In this document: piece after piece, positions 26,899 through 36,645 of the stretch
How the letters are laid out: each line of letters begins with the position of its first letter
How positions within the stretch are numbered: position 1 is the stretch's first letter
Assembly: GCA_964591275.1 (NCBI GenBank)
Contig: CAZQAE010000001.1
Location: 51,988 to 115,987 of the forward strand
DNA length: 64,000 nt
Source of the DNA: an uncultured bacterium
GTDB lineage: Bacteria > Lernaellota > Lernaellaia > JACKCT01
Direction: 5' to 3'
Translations under genes and position numbers: made by a program
Notes under the pieces: model-generated
Seen by the model: only the letters and a program-made list of their open reading frames with translations
What the model was told of the DNA's origin: nothing
Database searches by the model: none

Positions 26899-27873
26899 AT
26901 GAGAAGAGTTATAATACCGATTCTAATTTTCGTTGTTTCGCTTTCGGTTTTCGGATGCGCTTTCAAACCGTCCGCGGCGGATATCTATCTCGACGACCGG
27001 CCCCGCGCCGTCAACGGCGACGCTCTTTTCGGCTATGAGGAAAAAGAGTTTCCCGTCGAAACGAAGATTGTGGAGAGTCGAGAGAAATACGATGTCATTC
27101 GCGTGCGCTTTGACGCCTATCATGATGATGATCCCGACAACCCCACTGTCACAGCCTGGTATTACCGGCAGCGCACCTCCCTGCCCACGCCCGGTATCAT
27201 TCAACTTCCGATTCTCGACGGGGACTACGGTCCAACAATCATGTTCGCGGAGTATTTTGCCGAAAGAGGATTTCACGTCCTCAGGATGGAACGAAAAAAA
27301 GGGATGTTTCATCTGGAAAAACCGGTGAGTTACTCAAGAAATCTCATCATCCGGTCAATAGTCGATGAGCGCAGAACTCTGGATTGGTGGCTGGGCAATG
27401 AAGAAGTCGATACAGACAGAATCGGGATATGCGGCATTTCCATGGGCGGTTTCCAGGCCAGTCTGCTCATGGCGGTCGATTCGCGCATCGACGCCGGTGT
27501 TTTTATGCTCAGCGGCGGTGATTTTCCGAAATTGCTGATGATTAGCCAGGAAGGGGAGATCGTTGAGTATCGGAAGATTATGAAAGAGAAATACGGCCTA
27601 AGCGATGAGCAAATGTATGCCGAAGCCAAAAAATCCCTTGGCGATATCGACCCGATGGTTTTTGCGCCGAACCTGAATCCGGCGCGCGTGCTTTTCATCT
27701 CGCCACGTTTCGATCAGGTGGTCCCGCATGAATGCGCGCTGAAGTGGTGGAACGCCGCCTCGCAGCCGAATATGATCGTCATACCCACGGGGCACTACTC
27801 TTCCATATTTTTCATTCGATACATTCAAGGCAAAGCCGCGCAGCATTTCAGGAAAATCTTTGAGATGGAGTAG
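26899..27873 (+). CDS. Lipoprotein alpha/beta-hydrolase (GxSxG: GISMGG)
   Basis: GGAG RBS 8 nt upstream of ATG 26899. Signal peptide with VFGC lipobox-like motif. Nucleophile elbow ICGISMGG. The upstream part of track ORF 26686 is a frame artefact. Confidence 0.7.
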   Translation: MRRVIIPILIFVVSLSVFGCAFKPSAADIYLDDRPRAVNGDALFGYEEKEFPVETKIVESREKYDVIRVRFDAYHDDDPDNPTVTAWYYRQRTSLPTPGIIQLPILDGDYGPTIMFAEYFAERGFHVLRMERKKGMFHLEKPVSYSRNLIIRSIVDERRTLDWWLGNEEVDTDRIGICGISMGGFQASLLMAVDSRIDAGVFMLSGGDFPKLLMISQEGEIVEYRKIMKEKYGLSDEQMYAEAKKSLGDIDPMVFAPNLNPARVLFISPRFDQVVPHECALKWWNAASQPNMIVIPTGHYSSIFFIRYIQGKAAQHFRKIFEME

Positions 27874-27898
27874 GTCTTTTAGGTCGCGCCTTTCCCAA

Positions 27899-28594
27899 TT
27901 ATTTCGTCAAACCATGAAGCCAGCGATGCAGCGGCGCCATATTCTTGAAATGGTTGTAGCAAAATTCAACGATGTCGGGAGTGTATAGCTCCTGGGGAAT
28001 TTTCATTTCAATGCCCGCATAAAGACCGTTATAGCGCAATAGGTCGGCGTTTTTTGCTTCCGGGTCGAAGCCGCGAGGCACTCTCTTATAATGCTCGCCG
28101 CCCAGCGCATAGTCGCCGGCCTTCGCCACGGATTTTATGGCTCGGTCAAGCGCCTGGCCGCGGCTTTTATCCACGACCGCTTCACGGTAACGTTGCAGCA
28201 TCGGTTTCGGAAAGACGTAGTAGCCCGCGCCCAGCATCAACGTTGGCGGCGCCAGGTGAAAGTAAAATCCGGAGCATTCCATCCTGGGTCCGGCGCCCTC
28301 CCAGAACCACAGGCCAAGGTGCGTTTTGTAGGGGCTTTTGTCGTGGGCGAATCGCGTGTCGCGGTGGATGCGAAAAAGAGATTTGTTCACGCGCGGATCG
28401 GCGTTGATGGCCGGTGTGATTTTTCTAAGCTTTTCTCCCATGGCCACAACGAAATCTTTGGAGGGCTCGAGAACGTCACTGATGTGCTTATCCTTGTTGT
28501 CTAAAAACCATGGCTTGCTGTTGTTCTTTTTTAAATCCTTGAAAAACTTGACGCATCCTTTGGGAAAACCGGAAAATTTCTGCGCGTCTGGCAT
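27899..28594 (-). CDS. DUF2461 / TIGR02453 family protein
   Basis: Conserved family architecture (FFKDLKKNNSKPWF..., RIHRDTRF). Confidence 0.7.
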   Translation of the reverse strand: MPDAQKFSGFPKGCVKFFKDLKKNNSKPWFLDNKDKHISDVLEPSKDFVVAMGEKLRKITPAINADPRVNKSLFRIHRDTRFAHDKSPYKTHLGLWFWEGAGPRMECSGFYFHLAPPTLMLGAGYYVFPKPMLQRYREAVVDKSRGQALDRAIKSVAKAGDYALGGEHYKRVPRGFDPEAKNADLLRYNGLYAGIEMKIPQELYTPDIVEFCYNHFKNMAPLHRWLHGLTK

Positions 28595-28747
28595 GCCTGC
28601 TCCTCACCCGTTGTAATATCTGGAAAATGCCTGGCAACTCCACTTGGGAAACTTCACAACAGATGGCGCATTCTTGTCAATGTTTCGGAGCGTTGTTATG
28701 GTCATGTCGGGTAGGCGCTAATTATCGTATCCGAAGGGGATGAAGCC

Positions 28748-29167
28748 ATGAAGCACTATCGCGAAGAGCTTTGGTTTGAGATTCCGTCGAGGCGCGGTCT
28801 GCGCAACATTAGCGGGCCGGTCCAAAAAGCCGTGACAAAAAGCGGCGTGCAAAACGGCCTGTGCCTGGTGAACGCCATGCACATTACCGCCAGCGTCTTT
28901 ATCAACGATGACGAAAGCGGCCTGCATCAAGATTACGATGACTGGCTTGAATCCCTGGCGCCGCACGAACCGATAGATCATTACCGGCACAATCGCACGG
29001 GCGAGGACAACGGCGACGCGCATCTCAAGCGCCAGATTATGGGACGCGAGGTCACCGTGGCTATCACGGACGGGCAATTGGATTTCGGGACCTGGGAAAG
29101 AATTTTCTATTACGAATTTGACGGACGCAGGCGCAAGCGCGTCCTGATAAAAATCATCGGAGAATAA
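28748..29167 (+). CDS. yjbQ: YjbQ/UPF0047 family secondary thiamine-phosphate synthase-like enzyme
   Basis: 139-aa protein with the characteristic YjbQ fold signature ([14 protein letters not shown]..., [13 protein letters not shown]). Confidence 0.8.
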   Translation: MKHYREELWFEIPSRRGLRNISGPVQKAVTKSGVQNGLCLVNAMHITASVFINDDESGLHQDYDDWLESLAPHEPIDHYRHNRTGEDNGDAHLKRQIMGREVTVAITDGQLDFGTWERIFYYEFDGRRRKRVLIKIIGE

Positions 29168-29169
29168 GA

Positions 29170-30408
29170 TTGAGCAAAATCACAAAGGTCGAACTTTTCC
29201 ATGTTTCGCGAGGCGTAAAACCGGCGTTTTGGCCCTCGTGGATTCCTGGATATCCTCAAACGCACAGTCGATTCACTTTGATTCGCCTGACCACGGACGA
29301 CGGTATTGTCGGCCAGGCCGCCGGCAACGCTTTTTCCATGGAGCGCGAGGGCTTTGGCGATTTGCTGGGCGGTTTCATACTCGGCATTGAGGCCACGGAT
29401 ATCGCCACGGTTCGGCAGCGGATCAAGGAAGCGAGTTATTTGGGATGGCGCAATTGGTGGATCGAGCCAGCCTTTTGGGACATCAAGGGAAAAATCGAAG
29501 GCAAACCTGTTTATCAACTCCTGAGCGAGTCGGAAAAAGTTGTAGAAAAAATTCCCTGCTACGCTTCCACAGGCTCCCTAAAAAGCTTTGAAGAAAGAAA
29601 ACCCTATCTGGATCAAATTCGTAAAATGGGATTTCGTGGCGTCAAAATCCGCGTACACTCATTCGACGAAAATGAGGATTTCAATATTCTCCGAAAAGTG
29701 CGTGAAGAGGTGGGAAAGAACTTTCATCTCATGACCGACGCAAACCAGGGTTGGCTAGTGACGCTCGTTGACGATGCGCCGAAATGGGATCTGGAAAGGG
29801 CGACGCGTTTCGGCAAGGTGGCCGACGAGTTGAAACTCGATTGGATTGAGGAGCCTCTGGACATGCACGCCTTCGCCGAATTTCGCGAACTGCGTCGTCG
29901 TGTGAAAACGCCTGTCGCCGGAGGAGAACTCTTTGGCAGTCGGCAGGAGATGCAGGCGGCCATGGACAACACGGCTTTCGATATTTTCCAACCTGACGCC
30001 ACTTTTGCGGGAGGTCTTGAGGATGTGCGCTGGTGTTATGAGCAATGCAAAAAGCGAAAGCTTAAGTTTTCGCCGCACACATGGACGAACGGTATTGGGA
30101 TGATCGTGAATCTGCACGCCATGGCGGCTTCGGGTTCGAAAATGCTGCTGGAATTTCCCTTCGAGCCGCCGGGATGGATTCCGGAAAACAGGGATGCTCT
30201 TTTCCCAGAGCCGATTCGCGTCGATCAAGGCGGGTGCGTCGCGGTGCCCCAAAAACCCGGATTGGGAATCGAGATCGATGAAAAGGAGTTGCGGCGCTAC
30301 GCGAAAAGATTTCACCTAATGACGCCGGCTCGACTGGCCGTGAAAACCATTCGTGAAAAAGGTCTGAAAGCGGCCTTGGAATTGAAAAAGAAAAAAGAAA
30401 GTCGATAA
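29170..30408 (+). CDS. Enolase-superfamily enzyme (mandelate racemase / muconate lactonising enzyme family)
   Basis: TTG start with GGAGA RBS 6 nt upstream. MR/MLE-like N-terminal capping domain and barrel domain with KIRV...MTDANQGW...DWIEEP...IFQPD metal-ligand pattern. Confidence 0.75.
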   Translation: MSKITKVELFHVSRGVKPAFWPSWIPGYPQTHSRFTLIRLTTDDGIVGQAAGNAFSMEREGFGDLLGGFILGIEATDIATVRQRIKEASYLGWRNWWIEPAFWDIKGKIEGKPVYQLLSESEKVVEKIPCYASTGSLKSFEERKPYLDQIRKMGFRGVKIRVHSFDENEDFNILRKVREEVGKNFHLMTDANQGWLVTLVDDAPKWDLERATRFGKVADELKLDWIEEPLDMHAFAEFRELRRRVKTPVAGGELFGSRQEMQAAMDNTAFDIFQPDATFAGGLEDVRWCYEQCKKRKLKFSPHTWTNGIGMIVNLHAMAASGSKMLLEFPFEPPGWIPENRDALFPEPIRVDQGGCVAVPQKPGLGIEIDEKELRRYAKRFHLMTPARLAVKTIREKGLKAALELKKKKESR

Positions 30409-30451
30409 ATTCAAAAACGATGGAATACAGCGTTTTAAAGAAGGAGGCGGC

Positions 30452-30994
30452 ATGAAATATGAGCATATCGATTACGTGGACTTTCCGCTCAAGGACACGT
30501 GGCTCGTTTTTAGAAACGAGATGATGAATCTGATCGATTATCTTCCCAACATTCGCAAAATCGTCGAATTGGAAAGGATCGAAGGCAAGGGCAAGGTAGA
30601 AGTCACCATGCAGTGGTACGCCAAGGCTACGCTTCCCGGCGCCGCGGGCAAATTGATTCCGCAAAGCGTTCTCACATGGGTGGACAAGGCGACGTGGACC
30701 GATAAGGAGCACGTGGTCGAATATGAACTGACTCTCCCTGAATTGACGAATGCGGTGAAAGTTGTCGGACGCAACACTTTTGAAAAGGACGGCAAACGAA
30801 CAAAGGTTACGCTGACGGGTGAAATTCAAACGGAGATCAGCAAAATCAAGATTGCGCCGAAACTGGTCTTGAGAGCGGTCATTCCGGTTGTTGAGGTTTT
30901 TGCCGTGAAAATGACGAAGCCGAATCTCATGGAACTGAATCGGGGCATTGAAAAGTACCTGACGGAAAACAAGAAAAGCAAAAAGAAAAAGTAA
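30452..30994 (+). CDS. Hypothetical protein (Lys-rich C-terminus)
   Basis: 180-aa ORF with GGAGG-like RBS (aaggaggcggcATG). No recognisable motif. Confidence 0.45.
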   Translation: MKYEHIDYVDFPLKDTWLVFRNEMMNLIDYLPNIRKIVELERIEGKGKVEVTMQWYAKATLPGAAGKLIPQSVLTWVDKATWTDKEHVVEYELTLPELTNAVKVVGRNTFEKDGKRTKVTLTGEIQTEISKIKIAPKLVLRAVIPVVEVFAVKMTKPNLMELNRGIEKYLTENKKSKKKK

Positions 30995-31049
30995 AAACCA
31001 GATCCTGTTCGTTTGGGATCGGAAAAATGTCGCTATGGAAATCACAATT

Positions 31050-32447
31050 ATGAAAAGGCATTTCTCGCGCCTGCTTATCGTTGCGGCGATTTCGGGCCTG
31101 TTCATTCATTATGCCCTGGCACCGGATGCCTTTGCGCAAAACGTTGAAACCGGCGGGGAGTCGGATATGACTTTAAAATATCTGGTCGGAATGGGGAAAA
31201 CCGATCTGACGCCCGATCTCGACAAATTCGACGTTTCGCTCAACGGATACGGGGGCCGAAAGCGTGGATTGGCCACGGGCGTTCTCGATCCTCTTTGGGC
31301 GCGCGCGCTGGTCATCAGTGATCGCATGGGCACGTCGGCTGCACTGATTTCCGTTGATCTGTGTTACGTCAACACGGCGCTTCGGGACGCCGTCGCCGCC
31401 AAGCTTTCACAGATGGGCATTTCCTCCCACGGCGTACTTCTCGCCGCGACGCACACGCATTCCGGTCACTCCGGCTACGACGCCAGCTTTATCGCCAAGA
31501 TATTAATGGGCAAGTACAACCAGGAAATTTTCGACCACACCGTCGGCGCGATTGTGGAGTCGGTGCGCGTAGCGAAGGCGTCGATGAGACCGGCGGTCAT
31601 GAAATACATTCTGGCGGATGTTGAGGGTCTCAACCGTAGTCGTCTTGATCCAAGCTTCGATCACGGTCAGGGTGGGTATGCAGGGCAGTCGGCGCCGACC
31701 TCGATCTATCCGGTCAGCAAACGTTTGACGATCATCACATTTTCGGAATCGAAAGGAAAGCTTATCGGCGCACTGGTCAATTTCGCCGCGCATCCAACAA
31801 CTCTCTCGCCGACAAATATGCGTTTTTCCGCCGACTATCCCGGCATTCTTTATGAGCGGCTTGAAAAGGAAATGGGGCCCGAAAGCACGGCGATATTTTT
31901 CAATGGGGCATTAGGCGACGCGGCGCCCATGCCAGATTGGAGCAATCCGAAAAAAGAAGTCCGTGATATGCGCGATTACGGCAATGATTTGTCGGACGCG
32001 GTGATTCGGATGATGAAGGATCGGAAGCCGTCGAAATCAAAAGGCGTCGTGGCCTTTGCGTCTGTTAGAAAACCGATCCGGCGCATTGTTTTGCGCCCGC
32101 TGGCAAGGCTCCGTCTTCCCGAAGTGTTGTCGAAAGGGTTTTATACAAATCCCGAGGTGACTTTTCAGATTGTTCAAATCGGCGAACTTTTGCTGATGGC
32201 CGCGCCCGGCGAAGCGACCGCTTCGGTGGGCAAAGATTTTGAATCTTTGTGTCCCGATGGAATGCGCTGCATTACGGTGGCGCCGGCGAACGGATATATG
32301 GGATATCTCGTCAGCAAAGAGGAATACGAAAAAGACGGATATGAGAGCGACTCCTGCCTCTTCGGCCCCGACGCCTCCTTATGGACGAAGCGGGCTTTCG
32401 GCCAAGCCCTTGAAAAAATGGAACTCACACCTGCGGGGGAGTTCTAA
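31050..32447 (+). CDS. Neutral/alkaline ceramidase-like secreted hydrolase (N-terminal catalytic domain)
   Basis: Signal peptide, then SLNGYGGRKRGLATGVLDPLWARALVI...AATHTHSGHSGY. This matches the neutral ceramidase GYG...HTHSGP active-site region. TTG at 31035 is the alternative start. Confidence 0.7.
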   Translation: MKRHFSRLLIVAAISGLFIHYALAPDAFAQNVETGGESDMTLKYLVGMGKTDLTPDLDKFDVSLNGYGGRKRGLATGVLDPLWARALVISDRMGTSAALISVDLCYVNTALRDAVAAKLSQMGISSHGVLLAATHTHSGHSGYDASFIAKILMGKYNQEIFDHTVGAIVESVRVAKASMRPAVMKYILADVEGLNRSRLDPSFDHGQGGYAGQSAPTSIYPVSKRLTIITFSESKGKLIGALVNFAAHPTTLSPTNMRFSADYPGILYERLEKEMGPESTAIFFNGALGDAAPMPDWSNPKKEVRDMRDYGNDLSDAVIRMMKDRKPSKSKGVVAFASVRKPIRRIVLRPLARLRLPEVLSKGFYTNPEVTFQIVQIGELLLMAAPGEATASVGKDFESLCPDGMRCITVAPANGYMGYLVSKEEYEKDGYESDSCLFGPDASLWTKRAFGQALEKMELTPAGEF

Positions 32448-32597
32448 AATTCAATTTCACATGTGTGAAAATTATTCCCGTCCAGACAATCTGTTACTCT
32501 TTCATCATGGCAAATTTCATGTTAGTTTCGGGTGCCTTTTCGAGGTTTTGTTTACGTGCGGGCGCTTTGAATCGTGTTAGGCGCATGCTAAAGGATT

Positions 32598-34010
32598 TTG
32601 TCTATGCCTAAACTTCAGTTCTTGTTTGCTTTTGGATTGATTTTTCTAATCGCTCTGGGCGTCGGGCCGGCTTATGCCCAGGACGAATCCGATGGCGCCG
32701 AAACGCCGCCTGGCGGTGAGACTTCGGATGGCGGGGAACCATTGGTGGAAGAGGACAAGGAGGCATCGGAGGATGCCGCGCCGCCGGAAGTGGAGAAAAA
32801 AGACCCGCCCTTCGGCAACTATGGAAAAATGATAAAGCACTACGAGGGCGTGCTGATGGAATTGCCGCTTTGGGGTATGTCCTCGACCATCCCGGAAGGC
32901 TTCGCCGTTGTCATGTTTGGATGGCAGACAAGGCGTCCCTACAAACGCTTCGATCAGCACAGGAAGATGGTTGATATCGTCCCTGTAATTTCCGTGCCCG
33001 ATCCCTTTGAAAAAAAGGGAAAATTTTTCGAGTTGGATCTCGGCGTCAGTGGAAGCGCCTCTGGCTATGGCGGTGGATTGATATATGGCCTCACCGACAC
33101 AATCACCCTTTCACTGGACGCCTATTGGGCTGTGATGCATGTCAAGATCGACCCGATCTACACGCCCGGAACGGCGGACAAATTGGGCATCGTCACTGTT
33201 GACGATTTCTACGAAATGCTGGAAATGCTTGGGCGTCCACGACCGGTGGAGAAATACGATTCAGACCCCGCCGACATGGGCGACGCGACCTTTACGGCAA
33301 AGTGGAACAACTATCGTGGGGATCATGTTTCGACGGGCCTTCAAGGCGGAATCATCTTTCCCACCGCGCATCAGGCGGATCCACAAAGAAATCTGATTTT
33401 CGCCCTGGGACCCGAGCTGGACACAGGAGCGGGAACCTGGGGCACTAAAGGCGGCGCCATGATCGATTTCAAAATGCCCGATCCCGCCGGATTTGTGACA
33501 TTGAGCTTCGCCGCCGACGCCGCCTATTTTCTGCCCGATGAACGTAAGGCGCCGGAGTTTCCACCCCTGGAGCAGGATGTGAAGGATTATCTGGCCAGCC
33601 AGGGAATAGACGTCGAAATTTTTCCTGATTTATCCGATACAGGCGACACCTATATGTACACGCCTGGTCCCTGGTTCGCCACGACGGCCAGCCTTGGCCT
33701 GGGCATCGTCTCCATTGCGTACCGGCATGGATTCGGCGGCACAGCCAAGTACGATTCCGGCAGCGAGGGATTCAAGGATCTGGTTGATTCCATCGGACTG
33801 GTTGGCTACGGCGACGATGGGAAGATTACCGTTTCCACGAATATTCCCCTGACGCCGCTCTTTATTCCCGGCTTGGTAAACTTCAACTTCGAGTACGCCA
33901 CGGACGGTCGAAACGCCATGGTTTTCCGAGATGTATATACCGTTGGCGTTGGCATCGGAATACCTCTTGCCCTGCCAGATAAATATAAATTCAAACCTGA
34001 GGGTGAATGA
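32598..34010 (+). CDS. Secreted hypothetical protein, possible outer-membrane beta-barrel
   Basis: Signal peptide ending AYAQDE. Acidic linker, then alternating hydrophobic beta-strand-like segments. C-terminal aromatic residue pattern. Confidence 0.45.
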   Translation: MSMPKLQFLFAFGLIFLIALGVGPAYAQDESDGAETPPGGETSDGGEPLVEEDKEASEDAAPPEVEKKDPPFGNYGKMIKHYEGVLMELPLWGMSSTIPEGFAVVMFGWQTRRPYKRFDQHRKMVDIVPVISVPDPFEKKGKFFELDLGVSGSASGYGGGLIYGLTDTITLSLDAYWAVMHVKIDPIYTPGTADKLGIVTVDDFYEMLEMLGRPRPVEKYDSDPADMGDATFTAKWNNYRGDHVSTGLQGGIIFPTAHQADPQRNLIFALGPELDTGAGTWGTKGGAMIDFKMPDPAGFVTLSFAADAAYFLPDERKAPEFPPLEQDVKDYLASQGIDVEIFPDLSDTGDTYMYTPGPWFATTASLGLGIVSIAYRHGFGGTAKYDSGSEGFKDLVDSIGLVGYGDDGKITVSTNIPLTPLFIPGLVNFNFEYATDGRNAMVFRDVYTVGVGIGIPLALPDKYKFKPEGE

Positions 34011-35665
34011 TGAAAATCATGAAAACCATCACTATTTTGGCTGTATTTCTTTGTTTATCGATGGGGTTCTTTGGATGCATTGGCGAGGATCCCGACGGCT
34101 TGGCGCTTCATGACCACTTGCGTGAAGGTCGCCGCTCACTGGAAGCCAGCGATGCGGGGCAGGCCTATAATCACTTCTATGAGGCTCGGAAGATCGCTCC
34201 GCTTCATCCCGCCGCGTTGTGGGGAACCGTGTTGTCGAATGATTTGCTGGTTTGGCGAGCCATCAGCGGCATGGTCGATCTTTTGGGCGGTCCTTATATC
34301 TATTCGCCCTCTCGTGAGGAATGCTTCGATGGTTGCCTGAAAATCGACGCTTGCGACCTGTGGGATGAATTCAGGACTTCCAGAGAACAGTGCATTTCCG
34401 ATTGTCCCTGGAAGCTTCAGCCATATATGTTTGAAGAACTGGTCGCCGCTCCCACGTGTGACGCCATCCGTTACGGCGCCGGGCAGTGGATCGTGCGCAC
34501 TACGCCGGAAAACTGCCAGAAGCTGTGCGAGAGTCTCGACTACAACGGCTTGATCAATCCGCCGGAAACCTATTCGGTGGAAGAATGCATCATCAATTGT
34601 CCCTTCATGTACGTGGAGAGGCATAGCCAGTGTTATCTGAACAATGGCTACATGACGATAAACCGCTTCGACCGAACCTGCTTTGAACATTCAGTGCTGG
34701 GCGTGCAGATTCTCGAGGACGCTTTCGCCCTTAAGCGCGTTCCTGAGACAATGGAATTTTCTCAGCTTCTTCTGGACCGACCCGACGGGTATCAGTACTA
34801 CCTGAAATACTATCAGTGGGATTTGAAGGAGCCGGCCCTGGAATGGAAACTTCCAGGTCGCTTCTCCCGGTCGGAACTCTATCTGTCCCGTGCCTTGGCC
34901 CATGCCTGGGAAACCTTTATCAACTTAGCTGTTTCGCAAAATCTGGATCTGAATACCGTGGCGTTCGACCAATACACTTGGCAGGGAAGCACGTGTAAGA
35001 TCGCCTTGTGGGATTTGCGACGGGTTCTGCGCCATTTGTTGCATGACCCTATTTTCATCGACGCCTTTCGTTTGAAGCGTGAAAAATGGACGGAGGCCTC
35101 TGAGGAGCAAGTCCAGGCATCAATCGAAAAGTCATTAAATAATATGCGTGCGACAGGTTTGGCCCTGGGCAATATGTTCAAAGAATTCGCCAACATGTCC
35201 AGTGCGGTTTTAGGTAGTACGGACCGGCAACAGGGTCGGGCGCTGGGTTACACGGACGAGAACTGGAATTTCCGCTGGGACGAGGACGAAATCCTGGAAA
35301 TTCCGGATTTAGAACTGACATTCACGAAGAAACAAATGTTTGCCTTCCAGGAATTTTGCGAAGTCATGGCCGAATGCTTCCTCACGGGAACTTCAGTGGA
35401 TATGGATGACTTTAAGCTGATTCTGGAGGCCTTGGGATACGGGGAATACGCCATCGCAGTGGACCTGTTGAAACTGATAACGGAGCGTGAGGACATCAAC
35501 TTTTCCTATCCCTTTATGTATCCATCGGAAGAGGGTATCAGACCGTTGGTGCTGTCCATCGCGCAAATCTTGGACGACTTGTACGACCAATCGGACGATC
35601 TGCCTGGTTTCCTGGAATGCGACGAATTGGACTATTGGGAAGACTATCAGCCCTACTCGGAATAA
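34007..35665 (+). CDS. Cys-rich lipoprotein, hypothetical
   Basis: ATGA overlap with upstream gene. Signal peptide with FFGC lipobox-like motif. About 20 cysteines in the first 230 residues. Confidence 0.5.
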   Translation: MMKIMKTITILAVFLCLSMGFFGCIGEDPDGLALHDHLREGRRSLEASDAGQAYNHFYEARKIAPLHPAALWGTVLSNDLLVWRAISGMVDLLGGPYIYSPSREECFDGCLKIDACDLWDEFRTSREQCISDCPWKLQPYMFEELVAAPTCDAIRYGAGQWIVRTTPENCQKLCESLDYNGLINPPETYSVEECIINCPFMYVERHSQCYLNNGYMTINRFDRTCFEHSVLGVQILEDAFALKRVPETMEFSQLLLDRPDGYQYYLKYYQWDLKEPALEWKLPGRFSRSELYLSRALAHAWETFINLAVSQNLDLNTVAFDQYTWQGSTCKIALWDLRRVLRHLLHDPIFIDAFRLKREKWTEASEEQVQASIEKSLNNMRATGLALGNMFKEFANMSSAVLGSTDRQQGRALGYTDENWNFRWDEDEILEIPDLELTFTKKQMFAFQEFCEVMAECFLTGTSVDMDDFKLILEALGYGEYAIAVDLLKLITEREDINFSYPFMYPSEEGIRPLVLSIAQILDDLYDQSDDLPGFLECDELDYWEDYQPYSE

Positions 35666-35768
35666 GGCATGATTTTCCTAAGATGATTTGCGGTCCGATA
35701 GTTGAGCGTGAAAATAATAACAAATAGAATTTGCGGATAAAAGATATCTTGTAGCTTTGGAGGCACAA

Positions 35769-36557
35769 ATGGATTGGGGAATGCAGAACCGTCTTTCGAG
35801 AATCATCAACCCGAAATCGGGTAGGACGGTGATGCTCGCGGTCGATCACGGATATTTTCAGGGACCGACGACCGGCTTGAAACGACCCGGGGAAACCATT
35901 GCGCCTCTTATTGAATACGCTGATGCAATTATGCTCACGAGAGGCATTTTGCGAACGCAGATATCACCCGCTATCGACAAACCGATCATTCTTCGCGTTT
36001 CCGGGGGGACCAGCATTCTCAAAGACGATTTGTCCGCCGAGGACATCACCGTGAGTATGGAAGACGCCATCCGCTTAAACGTCTCCGCGGTGGCGATATC
36101 CGTTTTCGTCGGCGCGCCCAACGAGAAGCAAACTCTGACCAACCTGTCCAGGCTGGTGGACGAAGGGCAGAAATACGGCATCCCCGTGCTGGCCGTGACA
36201 GCGGTGGGAAAGCAAATGGCTCGCGACGTCCGATACCTGGGACTGGCCTCCCGCATCGCTGCGGAGCTTGGGGCGCACATCGTCAAAACGTATTATTGCG
36301 ACGATTTTTCGAAGATTTCGAGCAGCGTACCGGCGCCCTGCGTTATTGCCGGGGGAAAGAAAATTGGGGAAATGGAAGCGCTGACGATGACGAAAAATGC
36401 CATTGACGCCGGCGCCGTGGGCGTGGATATGGGCCGAAATATTTTCCAGTCAGATTCTCCCGTGGGAATGATCAAGGCTGCGCGCGCCATCGTGCATGAA
36501 AACTTCAGCGTTGAAGATGCCTTCAAGATATACGAGGAAGAAAAAAGCAAAGCCTGA
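35769..36557 (+). CDS. Class I (DhnA/LsrF-type) aldolase
   Basis: GGAGG RBS 5 nt upstream of ATG 35769. DhnA-family TIM barrel with Schiff-base lysine context HIVKTYY. Motifs VDHGYFQGP and GGKK. Confidence 0.75.
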   Translation: MDWGMQNRLSRIINPKSGRTVMLAVDHGYFQGPTTGLKRPGETIAPLIEYADAIMLTRGILRTQISPAIDKPIILRVSGGTSILKDDLSAEDITVSMEDAIRLNVSAVAISVFVGAPNEKQTLTNLSRLVDEGQKYGIPVLAVTAVGKQMARDVRYLGLASRIAAELGAHIVKTYYCDDFSKISSSVPAPCVIAGGKKIGEMEALTMTKNAIDAGAVGVDMGRNIFQSDSPVGMIKAARAIVHENFSVEDAFKIYEEEKSKA

Positions 36558-36596
36558 TTTCATGGCTTGAAAATGACCGCATATGGGCAGAACATT

Positions 36597-36627
36597 AAGG
36601 GGCTTTTTTAAGCCCCTTTTCATTTTT
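36597..36627 (+). terminator. Rho-independent terminator (aaggggc-ttttttaa-gcccctt + T-tract)
   Basis: Perfect 7-bp GC-rich stem followed by TTTTCATTTTT, about 40 bp after the aldolase stop. Confidence 0.65.
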
Positions 36628-36645
36628 CTTTTAGGAGAATCGGGT

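Noticed and set aside
30062-31105. 347-aa minus-strand ORF
   Set aside because: Overlaps the 3' end of the enolase-superfamily gene, the whole 30452..30994 gene and the ceramidase start. Its translation is Phe/Arg/Leu-rich and featureless. The plus-strand genes have RBSs and domain signatures.
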